A stretch of 64,000 nt of DNA from an uncultured delta proteobacterium (GCA_963826785.1 CAWGYD010000001.1:800001-864000), one strand, 5' to 3'; shown: positions 1 to 11,099, counted from the first letter of the stretch. The notes: generated by a model from the letters alone, not told the origin. Numbers and translations: made by a program.

Positions 1-2424
1 GTCTATGGCTACGGCAAGTCCAAGAACATCGTCACCAGCCTGGAATATGAGCGCATCCTCTCGTCGTCGGGCCCCTATGGCGGGCACCTGGTCCGCCCCT
101 CGGACAAAAAGGAACCCGAAAAGATCGCATGGCTTCAGTGCATCGGATCAAGAGATGTGCACATCGGCGCCAGGGGATACTGTTCATCGGTCTGCTGCAC
201 CTATGCCATCAAGGAAGCCATGCTTTCCAAGGAGCACAGCAAAAACCCGCTGGATACGGCTATCTTTTACATGGATATCCGCGCCCATGGAAAAGACTTC
301 GAGCGATACTACAACCGGGCCCGGGATGAATACGGCGTCCGGTTCGTCAAATCAAAAATCACTCATATTGTTCCGACGGAGGGCGGCGGTCAGCTGATCC
401 GCTATTTCGATGAATCCGGCAGGCGGGTGGAAGAGGAATTTGACATCGTGGTGCTTTCGGTGGGGCTGGGCGCCAGTGAAGCCGCCGTCGCCCAGGCCCG
501 GGCCGCTCACATCGGCATGGATGCCTATGGGTTTGTCAAAACCAGCAGCTTTGCCCCCGTCAAGACATCCCGGCCCGGCATCTTCGTCTGCGGCGCTTTC
601 GAGGCCCCCAAGGATATCCCTTCTTCGGTGATTGAAGCAAGCGCATCCGCCGGAAGCGCCGGAAGCTGCCTGACCAGTGCGCGCTGGTCCCTGACCCGGA
701 AGAAACAGCCGCCCACAGAACTGGATACGCGCGGCGTCCCCCCCCGGATCGGCGTATTTGTCTGCTGCTGCGGCACCAATATCGCCGGTGTCATCGATGT
801 GCCGGCGGTGGTTGAATACGCAAAAACCCTGAAAGATGTCGTCTTTACAGAGCAGAACATGTTTTCCTGTTCCCAGGACACCCAGGACAATATGGCCCGG
901 ATTATCAAGGAGCAGAAATTGAACCGGGTGGTGGTGGCGGCCTGCACCCCTAAAACCCACGAACCGCTTTTCCAGGAGACCCTGATTAATGCCGGCCTGA
1001 ACAAGTATGTTTTTGAGATGGCCAACATCCGGAACCATTGCTCCTGGGTCAATAAAAGCAACCCTGAAACCGCGACCGACAAGGTGAAAGATCTTGTCCG
1101 GATGGCAGTGGCCAAGGTGGGGCTTATGGAGCCCCTCAAGGAAGCCGAACTCCAGATCAATCCGTCGGCCCTGGTCATCGGCGGCGGCATTGCCGGCATC
1201 ACGGCCGCAAAGACCCTTTCCGACCAGGGGTATCACGCGTATCTGGTGGAAAAAAGCGATCGGCTGGGGGGGCAGGCCCTTCAGATTCATGAGACCTGGC
1301 AGGGGGAGAATGTCGCAGAGAATGTAAACCGCATGATCGAGGAGATTTCCGCGGACAGCAACATCGATATTTTCACGAATGCCGAAATCATCGGAACGGA
1401 CGGATTCGTCGGAAACTTCAACACCACCATCCAGATTGCGGACCAAAAAACGGAGCTGCCGCACGGGGTTGCGATCATCGCGTCCGGTGCGGTGGAGTTA
1501 AAGCCGGATCAGTATCTGTACGGCCGGGATGATCGGGTTCTCACCGCACTTGAACTGGACCGCCGGCTCATTGATGATGATCCGGCTCTGTCGAAGAACA
1601 AAACCGCCCTTTTCATTCAGTGCGTCGGGTCCAGAATCCCCGAGCGGCCCTATTGTTCCAAAGTCTGCTGCACCCATTCCATCAAAAACGCCCTTGCGCT
1701 TCGAAAACTCAACCCGGAAATGGATATATACATTCTCTACCGGGATATGCGCGCCTATGGGCTTCGCGAGGACCTGTACCGGGAGGCAAGAGAAAAGGGC
1801 ATCATTTTCATCCGTTATGATGCGGACCCGGGGCTGGATGTTTATCGCGAAGAAGAAGATCTAAAGGTCGCCTTTTCCGACACGGTCCTTCGCCGCAAAC
1901 TGGAGATCAACCCGGATCTGCTGGTGCTGGCCACGGCCATCACACCGCCCATGGAAAATCCGCTCGCGCAGCAGTATAAAGTGACCTTGAACAACGACGG
2001 GTTCTTCATGGAAGCCCATGCCAAACTCAGGCCGGTGGACTGCGCAACCGACGGTATTTTCATCTGCGGACTGGCGCATGCACCCAAGCCGATTGACGAA
2101 TCCGTGGCCCAGGCCATCGCGGCGGCAACCCGGGCGGTGACCCTGCTGGCCCGAAAATCCATTCAGACCAGCGGAAATATCGCCGAAGTGGTCCCGGCGG
2201 CATGCAGCAGCTGCGGGGTCTGCGTTTCACTTTGCCCGTATTCGGCCCCTTCCTTTATCGATCAAAGCGCACGGTTTTTCCCCGGAAAAGCCACCATCAA
2301 CCCCGTGCTTTGCAAAGGGTGCGGATTGTGCGCGGCCTCCTGCCGCTCCGGCGCCATCCGGCTGAAGGGGTTTGACAATGATCAGATATTCGCGCAGATA
2401 AACGCGCTGACCGAAATCGCATAG
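1..2424 (+). CDS. hdrA: Heterodisulfide reductase subunit A-like FAD/Fe-S protein (5' end outside window)
   Basis: Frame 1 is open from base 1 (VYGYGKSKNIVTSLEYER). It carries two QCxGSR...YCSxVCC motifs, GVFVCCCGTNI, VIGGGIAG, EAHAKLRPVD and C-terminal ferredoxin motifs CSSCGVCVSLCP and CKGCGLCAASC. Confidence 0.92.
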   Translation, partial: VYGYGKSKNIVTSLEYERILSSSGPYGGHLVRPSDKKEPEKIAWLQCIGSRDVHIGARGYCSSVCCTYAIKEAMLSKEHSKNPLDTAIFYMDIRAHGKDFERYYNRARDEYGVRFVKSKITHIVPTEGGGQLIRYFDESGRRVEEEFDIVVLSVGLGASEAAVAQARAAHIGMDAYGFVKTSSFAPVKTSRPGIFVCGAFEAPKDIPSSVIEASASAGSAGSCLTSARWSLTRKKQPPTELDTRGVPPRIGVFVCCCGTNIAGVIDVPAVVEYAKTLKDVVFTEQNMFSCSQDTQDNMARIIKEQKLNRVVVAACTPKTHEPLFQETLINAGLNKYVFEMANIRNHCSWVNKSNPETATDKVKDLVRMAVAKVGLMEPLKEAELQINPSALVIGGGIAGITAAKTLSDQGYHAYLVEKSDRLGGQALQIHETWQGENVAENVNRMIEEISADSNIDIFTNAEIIGTDGFVGNFNTTIQIADQKTELPHGVAIIASGAVELKPDQYLYGRDDRVLTALELDRRLIDDDPALSKNKTALFIQCVGSRIPERPYCSKVCCTHSIKNALALRKLNPEMDIYILYRDMRAYGLREDLYREAREKGIIFIRYDADPGLDVYREEEDLKVAFSDTVLRRKLEINPDLLVLATAITPPMENPLAQQYKVTLNNDGFFMEAHAKLRPVDCATDGIFICGLAHAPKPIDESVAQAIAAATRAVTLLARKSIQTSGNIAEVVPAACSSCGVCVSLCPYSAPSFIDQSARFFPGKATINPVLCKGCGLCAASCRSGAIRLKGFDNDQIFAQINALTEIA

Positions 2425-2520
2425 CACAGCAATATTTTTAAGATTGTTGATAAAGATCACATTTCGCCGTATCGTTGGTAATAGCGGTATCCTGTCATTT
2501 TAAAATGAGCGGAGGGCGTT

Positions 2521-3621
2521 ATGAAAACTTTTTCCGATCTGATCGAGGAAGTTCAAAAACCGGGTCTCTGCCAGCGCTGCGGCGGCTGTGTCGCCTTTTG
2601 CACCGCCATTAATTACGGCGCCCTGGAATTGGATGAAGAAGGCCGGCCCCGGTATAAATCGGCAGAAAAGTGCATCGAAGGCGGTCTGTGCTACTCCATC
2701 TGCCCGGAGACCCATGAGCAGGATGAGGAAATCAAGAAGCTCGTGGGATGGCGTCCGCCCATGGGACGCGTTTTAAACACATTCGTCGCCCGGGCCAACC
2801 AGCCGGCCATTCAGCAGCGGGCCACCGATGGCGGTGTGGTGACCGCCCTGCTGCTCCATTTATATGATAAGGGCGATATTGACGGGGCCATTGTCACCAA
2901 AGAGACCGGATTGTTTCAGCGGTCGCCCTGGGTGGCCTTCTCCCGGGAGGAAATCCTGGAATCCGCCGGGTTCCACTTCGATGCGTCCCACGGCCTGGAG
3001 CTTTTTTCGGAACTGTATTCAACCTATTCCCCTGCATTTGTTAAAGCCGGATATTTAGGCGCAAAACGGCTGGAGCGGGTCGCCTTTGTTGGCTCCCCCT
3101 GCCAGGTAAACGCACTCCGACGAATCCAGGCGCTGAGCCTGGAACCCTCCAATTCCATTACCATCGTCTTCGGGCTCTTCTGTACGGGCAATTTTATCTT
3201 CGGCCCCGAACAACGGCTCCGGCTGGAAGAAATCGGCCGTTTTAACTGGAGCGAGGTCTCACGGATCAATGTGAAGGAAGATTTCATGATCCATCTTCGC
3301 AACGGGGAGGTTCGCCATCTTCCCATTGACCAGCTTGAATTCATGAAACGCCATGCCTGCCATTTCTGCTCCGATTACAGTGCCGAATACGCGGATTTAT
3401 CTTTCGGAGGCCTGGGCTCGCCGGAAGGGTGGACGACCGTTCTTACGCGCACACCCCTGGGGCAAACTGTATTAAACGATGCCCTGGGCGGGGCTGTGGA
3501 AACAATGCACAAGCGCAATCCCCAATTGGCGGCGGCTGCTTTTCAAAAAATCACCGGGCAATCCGAGAAGAAGAAGCAGTCGGCGAAAAACAGCAGGATG
3601 GAGGAAATGCGGCGTCAATAG
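2521..3621 (+). CDS. Coenzyme F420 hydrogenase/dehydrogenase beta-subunit family (FrhB/FdhB-like) Fe-S flavoprotein
   Basis: N-terminal CQRCGGCVAFC and CxxGGLCYSICP; ATDGGVVTALL, VGSPCQ, GLFC, ACHFCSDYSAEYADLSFGGLG. RBS GGAGG upstream. Confidence 0.88.
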   Translation: MKTFSDLIEEVQKPGLCQRCGGCVAFCTAINYGALELDEEGRPRYKSAEKCIEGGLCYSICPETHEQDEEIKKLVGWRPPMGRVLNTFVARANQPAIQQRATDGGVVTALLLHLYDKGDIDGAIVTKETGLFQRSPWVAFSREEILESAGFHFDASHGLELFSELYSTYSPAFVKAGYLGAKRLERVAFVGSPCQVNALRRIQALSLEPSNSITIVFGLFCTGNFIFGPEQRLRLEEIGRFNWSEVSRINVKEDFMIHLRNGEVRHLPIDQLEFMKRHACHFCSDYSAEYADLSFGGLGSPEGWTTVLTRTPLGQTVLNDALGGAVETMHKRNPQLAAAAFQKITGQSEKKKQSAKNSRMEEMRRQ

Positions 3622-3750
3622 CGCCCGTCGGCAGTCGGTCTTTGCATTCGGGCCCGTTTCGCACCCCTTGACTTTTGGTTAAGGGATCACCTGGGACTCT
3701 CGGTTTTCCGGGCACTTTCCGGAAATGGCCATCAGAACAGGAGGACGATA

Positions 3751-4665
3751 ATGTTCAGCAAAATTCTGTTTGCCACCAACGCATCCCCCACATGCGACGA
3801 GGCGGCCCGGGTGGCTTTTGATCTGGCCAGAAAATACGGGTCAAAACTTGTCCTGTTTCATGTCATGGGGATTCCCACCCGCGGGTTCAGCCCGTTTATC
3901 AAGGACATCCGCACGGGTGAGGAAGAAACCTACGATCAGGACTACACCGCCTGGGTGGTGGAAGAAATGGAAACCACCTATGCAAAGCAGCTGGCCGAGT
4001 GCAGGGATTTCAAGATCATCACCCGGATCGGCCAGCCGCACACGGAAATTTTACGGCTGTCCCGGGAGGAGGATGTCGACCTGATCGTCATGGGGGCGCA
4101 TTCCCGGTCGGAAAAGACAGGGGAGGCAAGCTACCGGGGAATGGCGGGCAATACCATGCGGAAGGTGACCAAATTCGCCAAGTGCCCCGTATTTATCATC
4201 AGCAGGCCTTGCATGACCTGTTTCTGTTATTTTTCCAATATCGTATTCGGAACCGATTTTTCAAAGGCATCTGACGCAGCATTTCTTTTTGCACGCAAGA
4301 CGGCGCTGGAAATCGGCTGCCGGTTGTTTTTGTTTCACGCCCTGGATGTAAATCCATTCAATCCGATCCGGATGATGCGCCAGGAGGAAATCGAAAAAGC
4401 ACTGGAGACGGCCCGAAAGAAAATCACGCATCGGTATGTGTCCAAAATGGATGGCTTCGACAACTACCAGGTGGATGTCCTGGAGGGAATACCCCATGTG
4501 GAAATCATCAAATATGCCAGGGAGAAGAAGGCCGATCTGATTGTCATGGCCCATCATGCCCGGGACATCGATCCGGAAGAAGCCGAACTGGGAAGTACGG
4601 TGGAACAGGTGGTGCTCAGAGCCTCCTGCCCGGTGGCCAGCGTGAACCGCCCGGATAAAATTTAG
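3751..4665 (+). CDS. Universal stress protein, tandem USP domains
   Basis: Two USP repeats (KILFAT...DLIVMGAH; NIVFGTDFS...DLIVMAHH...LGSTVEQVVLRASCPV); RBS GGAGG. Confidence 0.92.
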   Translation: MFSKILFATNASPTCDEAARVAFDLARKYGSKLVLFHVMGIPTRGFSPFIKDIRTGEEETYDQDYTAWVVEEMETTYAKQLAECRDFKIITRIGQPHTEILRLSREEDVDLIVMGAHSRSEKTGEASYRGMAGNTMRKVTKFAKCPVFIISRPCMTCFCYFSNIVFGTDFSKASDAAFLFARKTALEIGCRLFLFHALDVNPFNPIRMMRQEEIEKALETARKKITHRYVSKMDGFDNYQVDVLEGIPHVEIIKYAREKKADLIVMAHHARDIDPEEAELGSTVEQVVLRASCPVASVNRPDKI

Positions 4666-4738
4666 GAAGATCTTCACAGAACTTCGCACACCAGTCTCCT
4701 TCAATCTGTTCGCTTTCAGAAATGGGGAGATAGCCCTT

Positions 4739-4952
4739 AAACCTGCGATCCATGGGCGGTTTACAGTGCCCAAAATCTTCAAGCCCTGTCCGGTTCATCC
4801 CTGACGGCGATGCAGCCCGTGATCATCGGTTATCCTGGAAAAAACGGGCCGACATCGCCGGAAAAACTTGCATCCGACCTGAACCTGAGCAGGTCCGGGT
4901 TCGAGCGGGCAATGGCTTGCAGGAAGGCCGGAAACTGATCTGCCTGTGGTAA
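4739..4952 (+). pseudogene. Degenerate partial paralog of the small Cys-rich/HTH gene at 23688-24041
   Basis: The DNA aligns by eye with 23794-24041 (KTCDPWAVYSA...KNGPT.PEKLASDLNLS...LQEGRK.ICLW*). The 5' end is missing and there is an internal deletion of about 34 nt. Confidence 0.8.
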
Positions 4953-4963
4953 AAGGAAAACGC

Positions 4964-5581
4964 ATGACTTCAATGGCACCCGTATTTGAGAAGATATACA
5001 GAGATTATGTCGCGCAGGTGGCGGCCCTGGATCTGACCGGAAGGGCCGAAAAGCTCGGCATCCAGGTCGACGGGAACACCGCCCGGATCCCTTTTTTTCA
5101 TGAATTGTATACCATTGCCCCCGACGGGATCACGGATCGGCAGAAAAAGCGTCCCCCGCACGCCGTCAGCGTCATCCTCTGCAAATATCTCCTGCTCTGC
5201 CCCGAAAACGCCGGAAATGACCGTGATCTGGTAACCTACAAGGATTTCAGGGATGCCGCCCCCTATGTCGAAGGGTTCAAAAACACCGCGGAGAAGCCTG
5301 TCACCCGGCATTTTTCCGGAAAAATCGATGCGCTTGAAAAATGCTGCCGAAAACTGGGAGGATCACCCCACGATCTGGGCATCTCCTCTGAACTTTCCGA
5401 CCGCTTCCTGCCCCTGCCGGAGGTGCCTGTATATCTGCTCTTCAATGATAAAGACGATGAATTCCCAGCGGACTGCTCGCTGCTGTTTGAGCGCCGCGCT
5501 GCAAATTACCAGGATATGGAATGTCTGGCCATGATCGGGATGGTGCTGGCGGAGTGGCTGGTGAATGCGGATCGGCCCTGA
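4964..5581 (+). CDS. DUF3786-family protein
   Basis: Motifs ILCKYLL, TYKDF, F.PLP.VP.YLLFND.DDEFPA.CSLLF, DMECLAM. ATG at 4964 follows AAGGA. Confidence 0.8.
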   Translation: MTSMAPVFEKIYRDYVAQVAALDLTGRAEKLGIQVDGNTARIPFFHELYTIAPDGITDRQKKRPPHAVSVILCKYLLLCPENAGNDRDLVTYKDFRDAAPYVEGFKNTAEKPVTRHFSGKIDALEKCCRKLGGSPHDLGISSELSDRFLPLPEVPVYLLFNDKDDEFPADCSLLFERRAANYQDMECLAMIGMVLAEWLVNADRP

Positions 5582-5838
5582 CCACCGGGCACATGCTAAC
5601 GAAAGATCGACCGCCAGGTCCCGCTGGACCCGCTTCATCCATTCGGGCAGACAGATCCGGTCGGAAATGAACGGATCCGATAAGGTTTATTGGCTTTCCC
5701 GGGCATTGCAAGTGCAATGTAAACGATGTTTAATGAAGTGAACCGATTTTTGTTGTCTGCCATTAAATAAGATGATATTTTTTCTTTCCCACTGGTGCTC
5801 GACAAGAATGGAACACTCAAACAATATAAGGAGAGCTT

Positions 5839-7443
5839 ATGAACGACCCATCTGTTAATTATGAAGTTGAAACGCCGATCAGTTTTCTGGAACGCAGTGT
5901 GCAGGTGTATCCGGAGAAGACCGCCGTTGTTTACAATGAGAAACGATACAGCTACCAGGAATTTAACAACCGGATCAATCAGCTGGCCAGCGCATTGAAG
6001 AAAGCGGGGGTTGGCAGAGGAGACAAGGTTGCGTTTATCTGTCCCAACACCCCGCCTCTTTTAGAAGCCCATTACGCGGTGCCGCTCATCGGGGCCGCCC
6101 TGGTCAGCGTGAACATACGGCTCAGCCAGGGGGAAGTCGCCTACATCCTGGAGCATTCGGACAGCAAAATCGTTTTTGTCGACAATGAGTTCGCGCCCGT
6201 CGTACAGCCTTCCCTGGATCAACTCCACAAGGTCGAAGCCTTTGTCAACATATGCGACCAGTCCCCGGACCGCCCGCTTCCCGGCATGGAATATGAAGAG
6301 TTCCTCCTTACCGGTGACACCGCCCCAGTTGAGAGGGAAATAGACGATGAACGGGGGGTGATCACCATCAATTACACCAGCGGGACCACCGGTATGCCCA
6401 AGGGGGTCATGTACCATCACCGGGGCGCCTATCTCACGGCGATAGACGATGCCCTGGAAACGCTGATGTCCTATGAGTCGGTCTACCTGTGGACTCTGCC
6501 GATGTTTCACTGCAACGGCTGGTGCTTTACCTGGGGCGTGACCGCGGTCGGGGGCACCCATGTCTGTCTTCGAAAAGTCGATCCGGCGGAGATTTTCAAA
6601 CTCGTCGAAAGGGAAAAGGTGACCCACATGTGCGGCGCCCCGATCGTTTTGATCGGCATGGCCGATTACGCCAAGAACCATGAAGTCAAGCTGGAAAAGC
6701 CGCTGAAGATCGTCACCGGCGGTGCCCCGCCGTCACCCTCCATTATCGAGGCGATGGAATCGCTGGGGGCGCGGATTACCCATGTCTACGGTCTGACCGA
6801 GGTGTACGGCCCCAACACCATTTGCGCCTGGAACTCGGAATGGGACAACCTTTCCGCCGAAGCGCAGGCGAAGCTGAGATCGCGGCAGGGCGTACCCTAT
6901 ATCGTTTCGAAGAACATGGATGTCGTCCATCAGGAAACCATGGAACCGGTGCCCAAAGACGGGAAAACCATCGGTGAAATCGTCATGAAAGGCAATCTCG
7001 TGATGCTCGGGTATTACAAAGACCCCGAAGCAACCGAAAAAGCATTTCGCGGCGGATGGTTTCACACGGGCGACCTCGCGGTGACGCACCCGGACAATTA
7101 CATTCAGATCATGGACCGGGAAAAGGACATCATCATCAGCGGCGGCGAAAATATTTCCAGCGTAGAGGTGGAAAACACCCTGTACAAGCATCCGGATGTT
7201 CTGGAAGTGGCCGTGGTGGCCACCGCGGATCCGAAATGGGGGGAAGTGCCCAAGGCCTTCATCACCCTGAGGGCGGGCAGCAGCGCCACCGAAGAAGAGA
7301 TCATTTCATTTTGCAAGCAGCACCTCGCCCGATTCAAGGCGCCCAAGAAGATCGAGTTTACCGCGCTGCCCAAGACGGCGACCGGCAAGATCCAGAAATA
7401 CGTGCTCCGGCAGCAGGAGCGGGAGAAAAGTAAACAAAATTAG
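5839..7443 (+). CDS. Acyl-CoA synthetase / AMP-binding enzyme
   Basis: YTSGTTGMPKG, LPMFHCNGW, YGLTE, GWFHTGD, IISGGENISSVEVE, LPKTATGKIQK. Confidence 0.95.
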   Translation: MNDPSVNYEVETPISFLERSVQVYPEKTAVVYNEKRYSYQEFNNRINQLASALKKAGVGRGDKVAFICPNTPPLLEAHYAVPLIGAALVSVNIRLSQGEVAYILEHSDSKIVFVDNEFAPVVQPSLDQLHKVEAFVNICDQSPDRPLPGMEYEEFLLTGDTAPVEREIDDERGVITINYTSGTTGMPKGVMYHHRGAYLTAIDDALETLMSYESVYLWTLPMFHCNGWCFTWGVTAVGGTHVCLRKVDPAEIFKLVEREKVTHMCGAPIVLIGMADYAKNHEVKLEKPLKIVTGGAPPSPSIIEAMESLGARITHVYGLTEVYGPNTICAWNSEWDNLSAEAQAKLRSRQGVPYIVSKNMDVVHQETMEPVPKDGKTIGEIVMKGNLVMLGYYKDPEATEKAFRGGWFHTGDLAVTHPDNYIQIMDREKDIIISGGENISSVEVENTLYKHPDVLEVAVVATADPKWGEVPKAFITLRAGSSATEEEIISFCKQHLARFKAPKKIEFTALPKTATGKIQKYVLRQQEREKSKQN

Positions 7444-7537
7444 AAGCGGCAGGCAAACAGGTTTAAAAAAAAAATCACCTGAACCGTCCGATCCCATATC
7501 CTGCCGGACAAAATTAATGAAGTCGTAAAGTAAATCA

Positions 7538-7591
7538 GAAAGATCTGCTCACTGGGCATCAGCAAACTGTCAATGAGCAGATCTTTTATTT
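7538..7591. terminator. Probable bidirectional terminator between convergent genes
   Basis: Inverted repeat AGATCTGCTCA...TGAGCAGATCT followed by TTTATTT. Confidence 0.55.
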
Positions 7592-9025
7592 TCATCCGGA
7601 AGGCCGGATGTTCTGGTTGACGTGAAAGAAGTTGTCCGGGTCGTATTTATTCTTCAGTTCAACAAGCCGGGAATGGTTTTGCTGATAGCTGGCACGGATG
7701 CGCTCCTGGCCTTCCTCCATCATGAAATTCACGTATGCGCCCCCGGCATCGACCGCAAACGGGTGCAGCGCTTTCCAGTAGTCATCCGCCCATGCAATCA
7801 TACGCTCATTATTGGCCGGGTCCGGATCAACGGCGATAATGACCTCCGACCACACCACGTCACGATAGCTGAACGCAGTGTCCTGTTGTTCGATCCGATG
7901 TACGGCACCGTCAATCGGGTACAGGTGCATTCCGGACTGGAGTGTGGGCAGCTTCCGGGCATGCTCGACATGCTTCTTCACGGCTTCATCATTGATCTCT
8001 TTGACGAAATCTCCCTTCCAGTACCACTGATTGCCCGGAGGATAAATGCCGTCAAAGAGACTTTGCAAAACGGGATACGGCATCGGGCCGACCATGTCCA
8101 GCACCGGCGGACCGATTTTGCGTATCTCCTTGAAAATGTTTTCCGCCTCCGCAATCGACCCGGTATAGGACCAGGCCACACCGCAGACTTTCTGGTTGTG
8201 AAGACTTTCCGGAAAATGCGGTGATGGCGGAACGGTCATGAAAACGAAAAATCCGGAGAGCTCTTCGGGGGCAGCCGGCAGAAAATCCCGGTACCAGGAA
8301 AGGACTTGCCCGGCTTTGTCCATCGGCCAGAGCATGGGGCCGCCATAGACCGTCTGCACCGGATGCAGCCGGAACAGAAAAGACGTTACAATACCGAAAT
8401 TACCGCCGCCGCCCCGGATGCCCCAGAACAGATCCGGGTTTTCATCGACACTGGCGGTCACAAATTTTCCATCCGCCAGCACGACATCCACCGACAGCAG
8501 ATTGTCGATGGTCAGGCCGTACTTCCGGCTGAGATGGCCATGGCCGCCGCCAAGTGTCAGCCCCCCCACGCCGGTGGTGGAAACGACGCCGCTCACGGTG
8601 GCCAGGCCGAAGGGGTGGGTCGCATGATCCACATCTCCCCAGTTGGCCCCGGGCTGCACTCTCACTGTCCGGGATTTTGGATCGACATGGATGCCTTTCA
8701 TCGTGGAAAGGTCAATCACCAGCCCGTCATCGCAAAGGGCCAGGCCCGGCCCGTTGTGCCCCCCGCTTCGCACCGCAACCAGAAGGTTGTTTTTCCGGGC
8801 AAAAACAACGGACGCAATGACGTCGGCCTCGTCCCGGCAGCGGATGATCATCGCAGGCCGTTTATCGATCATGGCATTGTAGATCTGCCGCACTTCATCA
8901 TACTGCTCATCGTCAGGCAGGATGAGTTCCCCCCTCAGCTGATTCCGGAATGCGTCGATGCTTTCGGAAGGCAGATCCAGATATTGTTCTGATGAACTTT
9001 TGATTTGTATTTCAGGAATATACAT
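7592..9025 (-). CDS. FAD-binding oxidoreductase (PCMH/BBE-type, 6-hydroxy-D-nicotine oxidase-like)
   Basis: RSGGH covalent-FAD motif, GGLTLGGG, DLFWGIRGGGGNFGIVT, C-terminal AYVNF...LKNKYDPDNFF. Confidence 0.92.
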   Translation of the reverse strand: MYIPEIQIKSSSEQYLDLPSESIDAFRNQLRGELILPDDEQYDEVRQIYNAMIDKRPAMIIRCRDEADVIASVVFARKNNLLVAVRSGGHNGPGLALCDDGLVIDLSTMKGIHVDPKSRTVRVQPGANWGDVDHATHPFGLATVSGVVSTTGVGGLTLGGGHGHLSRKYGLTIDNLLSVDVVLADGKFVTASVDENPDLFWGIRGGGGNFGIVTSFLFRLHPVQTVYGGPMLWPMDKAGQVLSWYRDFLPAAPEELSGFFVFMTVPPSPHFPESLHNQKVCGVAWSYTGSIAEAENIFKEIRKIGPPVLDMVGPMPYPVLQSLFDGIYPPGNQWYWKGDFVKEINDEAVKKHVEHARKLPTLQSGMHLYPIDGAVHRIEQQDTAFSYRDVVWSEVIIAVDPDPANNERMIAWADDYWKALHPFAVDAGGAYVNFMMEEGQERIRASYQQNHSRLVELKNKYDPDNFFHVNQNIRPSG

Positions 9026-9623
9026 AATGTCACCTCCTTGAAGGTCTAAACGTCTGTTGTTTCGAAGGACTTCAAAATCCTGTTCAACATTCGTTTCTGC
9101 CGGACCGGGCTTACGGCTTTACCTTCAAAAGGCGAAATTCATATTTTCCAAATCTGTGTCCGGTAATCTGAACTTTGACATTTTACATCCAGCAGGCCCT
9201 CCTGTCAGGATTAACACAAAGTCCTTCTCGATGTCGCCAGTATCCGAAATATTCTAAAAATCACAGCTTCAACTTGCGGCATCGATTCGTCTGACTTTAG
9301 CGTAATGTTGATCAGGAACATGTCAACCCGCTTTTTGAACCGTTGGTATAAACCTCACATGTTGAGTCTTCGGATCATCCTTAGCGTTATACATGGGCGC
9401 ATTCTTTTCGTACAATTCTATGAGATGCTAAAAGGAATTTCAGGCGCTGATCGATTGCAAGCGGCTATTTTTATTGAACACGCATATGAAAAAATACTTA
9501 AAATTTTAGGAACTATTTACTGGCGTTATTATATGAAATAATGGTAAATCACGGACAATGGTGCCAATGAGTAGGATAAATCGGTATTTTTATATTTGAA
9601 CCATTTCATATGTGGAGGTTCGC

Positions 9624-11045
9624 ATGCATCCCACTGAAAAAGCAAACAAGCTTATCATCACACGCCGAAAGTTCTTAAAAGGTGCAAGCGCCTTAGCAGC
9701 AGCACCACTTTTGGCCGGTTTTAATAAAGAAGCGCTGGCGCAACCATCCCAAATGAATTCAAACAAATCCCCTGCAGGAAATTGCAGAACAAGGCTGATA
9801 CTTTTAGGAACTTCGGGAGGCGTATCATGGTGGCCGGGAACAAGCCGCACAAGTTCCTCATCGGCCCTGGTCGTTGGAGATGCCATTTATCTTATTGACC
9901 TGGGTCAAAACTCCACCTACCGGCTCTCGCAAGCCTTTAATTCGGGCTCTTTTGTGAATTCAAATACCATAGAAGATCCCGACAACTTCACCTTTCCTGG
10001 CGGAAAAGTTGAAGACGGCTCTCCAAACTTCCTTAATAAGATAAAAGCCCTCTTCTTTACGCATCTCCATCCGGATCATATTTCGGATTATCCCGCTTTT
10101 CTGCTTATTGGCAGTGGGGCAAGCCTTGGCAATCCTCAAAGAGACCCCGTTACAAAAGAGATGCTTTACAATCCACTGCAGGTTTTCGGCCCCTGCAGCC
10201 GGGGAGAACTGGAGGAAGATAAATCCAATTACCTTGGAGCTCCAACCAATGGAACTATCGTTCAGACTGATATGGCTGATCTGAATTCCATTGCGTATCC
10301 TGGTGTTGTAACCCCCACGCCCGGCACCCGGCAAATGACAAAAATTATCTGGCAGGCCTTTGCCCAATCAATTAATGATATGGCGTTGGACAACGGCTAT
10401 CCTGATTTTACAAAACTCATAAAAGTCAAAGAGATTGGAGGCACTGATTCCGATGCCGGAGACATTCCATGGCCCGCGGGTTTCTCCCCGGACCCAAACA
10501 CGAACACCTGTCCGGCGATTGATAAGTTTCTGATTTACCCTGAAGATGAAAACGGCGTCAGTGTCTGGGCTACGCTTGTTGACCATCATCAGGTATTTCC
10601 GGCGTTTGCATTTCGATTCGATACGCCTGATGGATCAGTGGTATTCTCGGGTGACACCGGTCACAACACTACGGGCATAACCAATCCCACCAATCAACAA
10701 CTTGCAGATGGCAATATACAGAAATTGGCCGACGGTGCAGACATTTTAGTACATGAAGTTATTGACCGGGCCTGGATCGATCAGAAGTTTGGACCCGCAC
10801 CGACAGGCAATCTGGCAGCACTGAAAACGCATATGTTAGGGTCGCACACGACGATTGATGAAGTGGGGACGGTTGCAGCAAATTGTAATGTAAAGACCTT
10901 GGTTCTAAATCATATCGTACCCGGTAATACACCGATTTCACATCTTCTGCAGGCAAAACAGAACTTCCCGGGAAAGCTAATAATCGGGGAGGACCTTATG
11001 CAGATTGGAATGGGTAAGGAAAGAAGAAGGATATCAGAAAAATAA
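9624..11045 (+). CDS. Tat-exported MBL-fold metallo-hydrolase (RNase Z/arylsulfatase-like)
   Basis: TRRKFLKG Tat signal; LLGTSGG, THLHPDH, FSGDTG, LVHEV, LVLNH. ATG 9624 follows GGAGGT. Confidence 0.85.
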   Translation: MHPTEKANKLIITRRKFLKGASALAAAPLLAGFNKEALAQPSQMNSNKSPAGNCRTRLILLGTSGGVSWWPGTSRTSSSSALVVGDAIYLIDLGQNSTYRLSQAFNSGSFVNSNTIEDPDNFTFPGGKVEDGSPNFLNKIKALFFTHLHPDHISDYPAFLLIGSGASLGNPQRDPVTKEMLYNPLQVFGPCSRGELEEDKSNYLGAPTNGTIVQTDMADLNSIAYPGVVTPTPGTRQMTKIIWQAFAQSINDMALDNGYPDFTKLIKVKEIGGTDSDAGDIPWPAGFSPDPNTNTCPAIDKFLIYPEDENGVSVWATLVDHHQVFPAFAFRFDTPDGSVVFSGDTGHNTTGITNPTNQQLADGNIQKLADGADILVHEVIDRAWIDQKFGPAPTGNLAALKTHMLGSHTTIDEVGTVAANCNVKTLVLNHIVPGNTPISHLLQAKQNFPGKLIIGEDLMQIGMGKERRRISEK

Positions 11046-11099
11046 GGCCTATTCAGTTGTCAGGCAAAAGCTGAATTACGGCTGAGCCATTGCCGGAAT

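Noticed and set aside
352..1464. Long antisense ORFs (this one, 15064-16182, 16091-17128, 47142-47975 and others)
   Set aside because: They overlap well-supported genes on the opposite strand, as expected from high-GC codon bias, and show no motifs.
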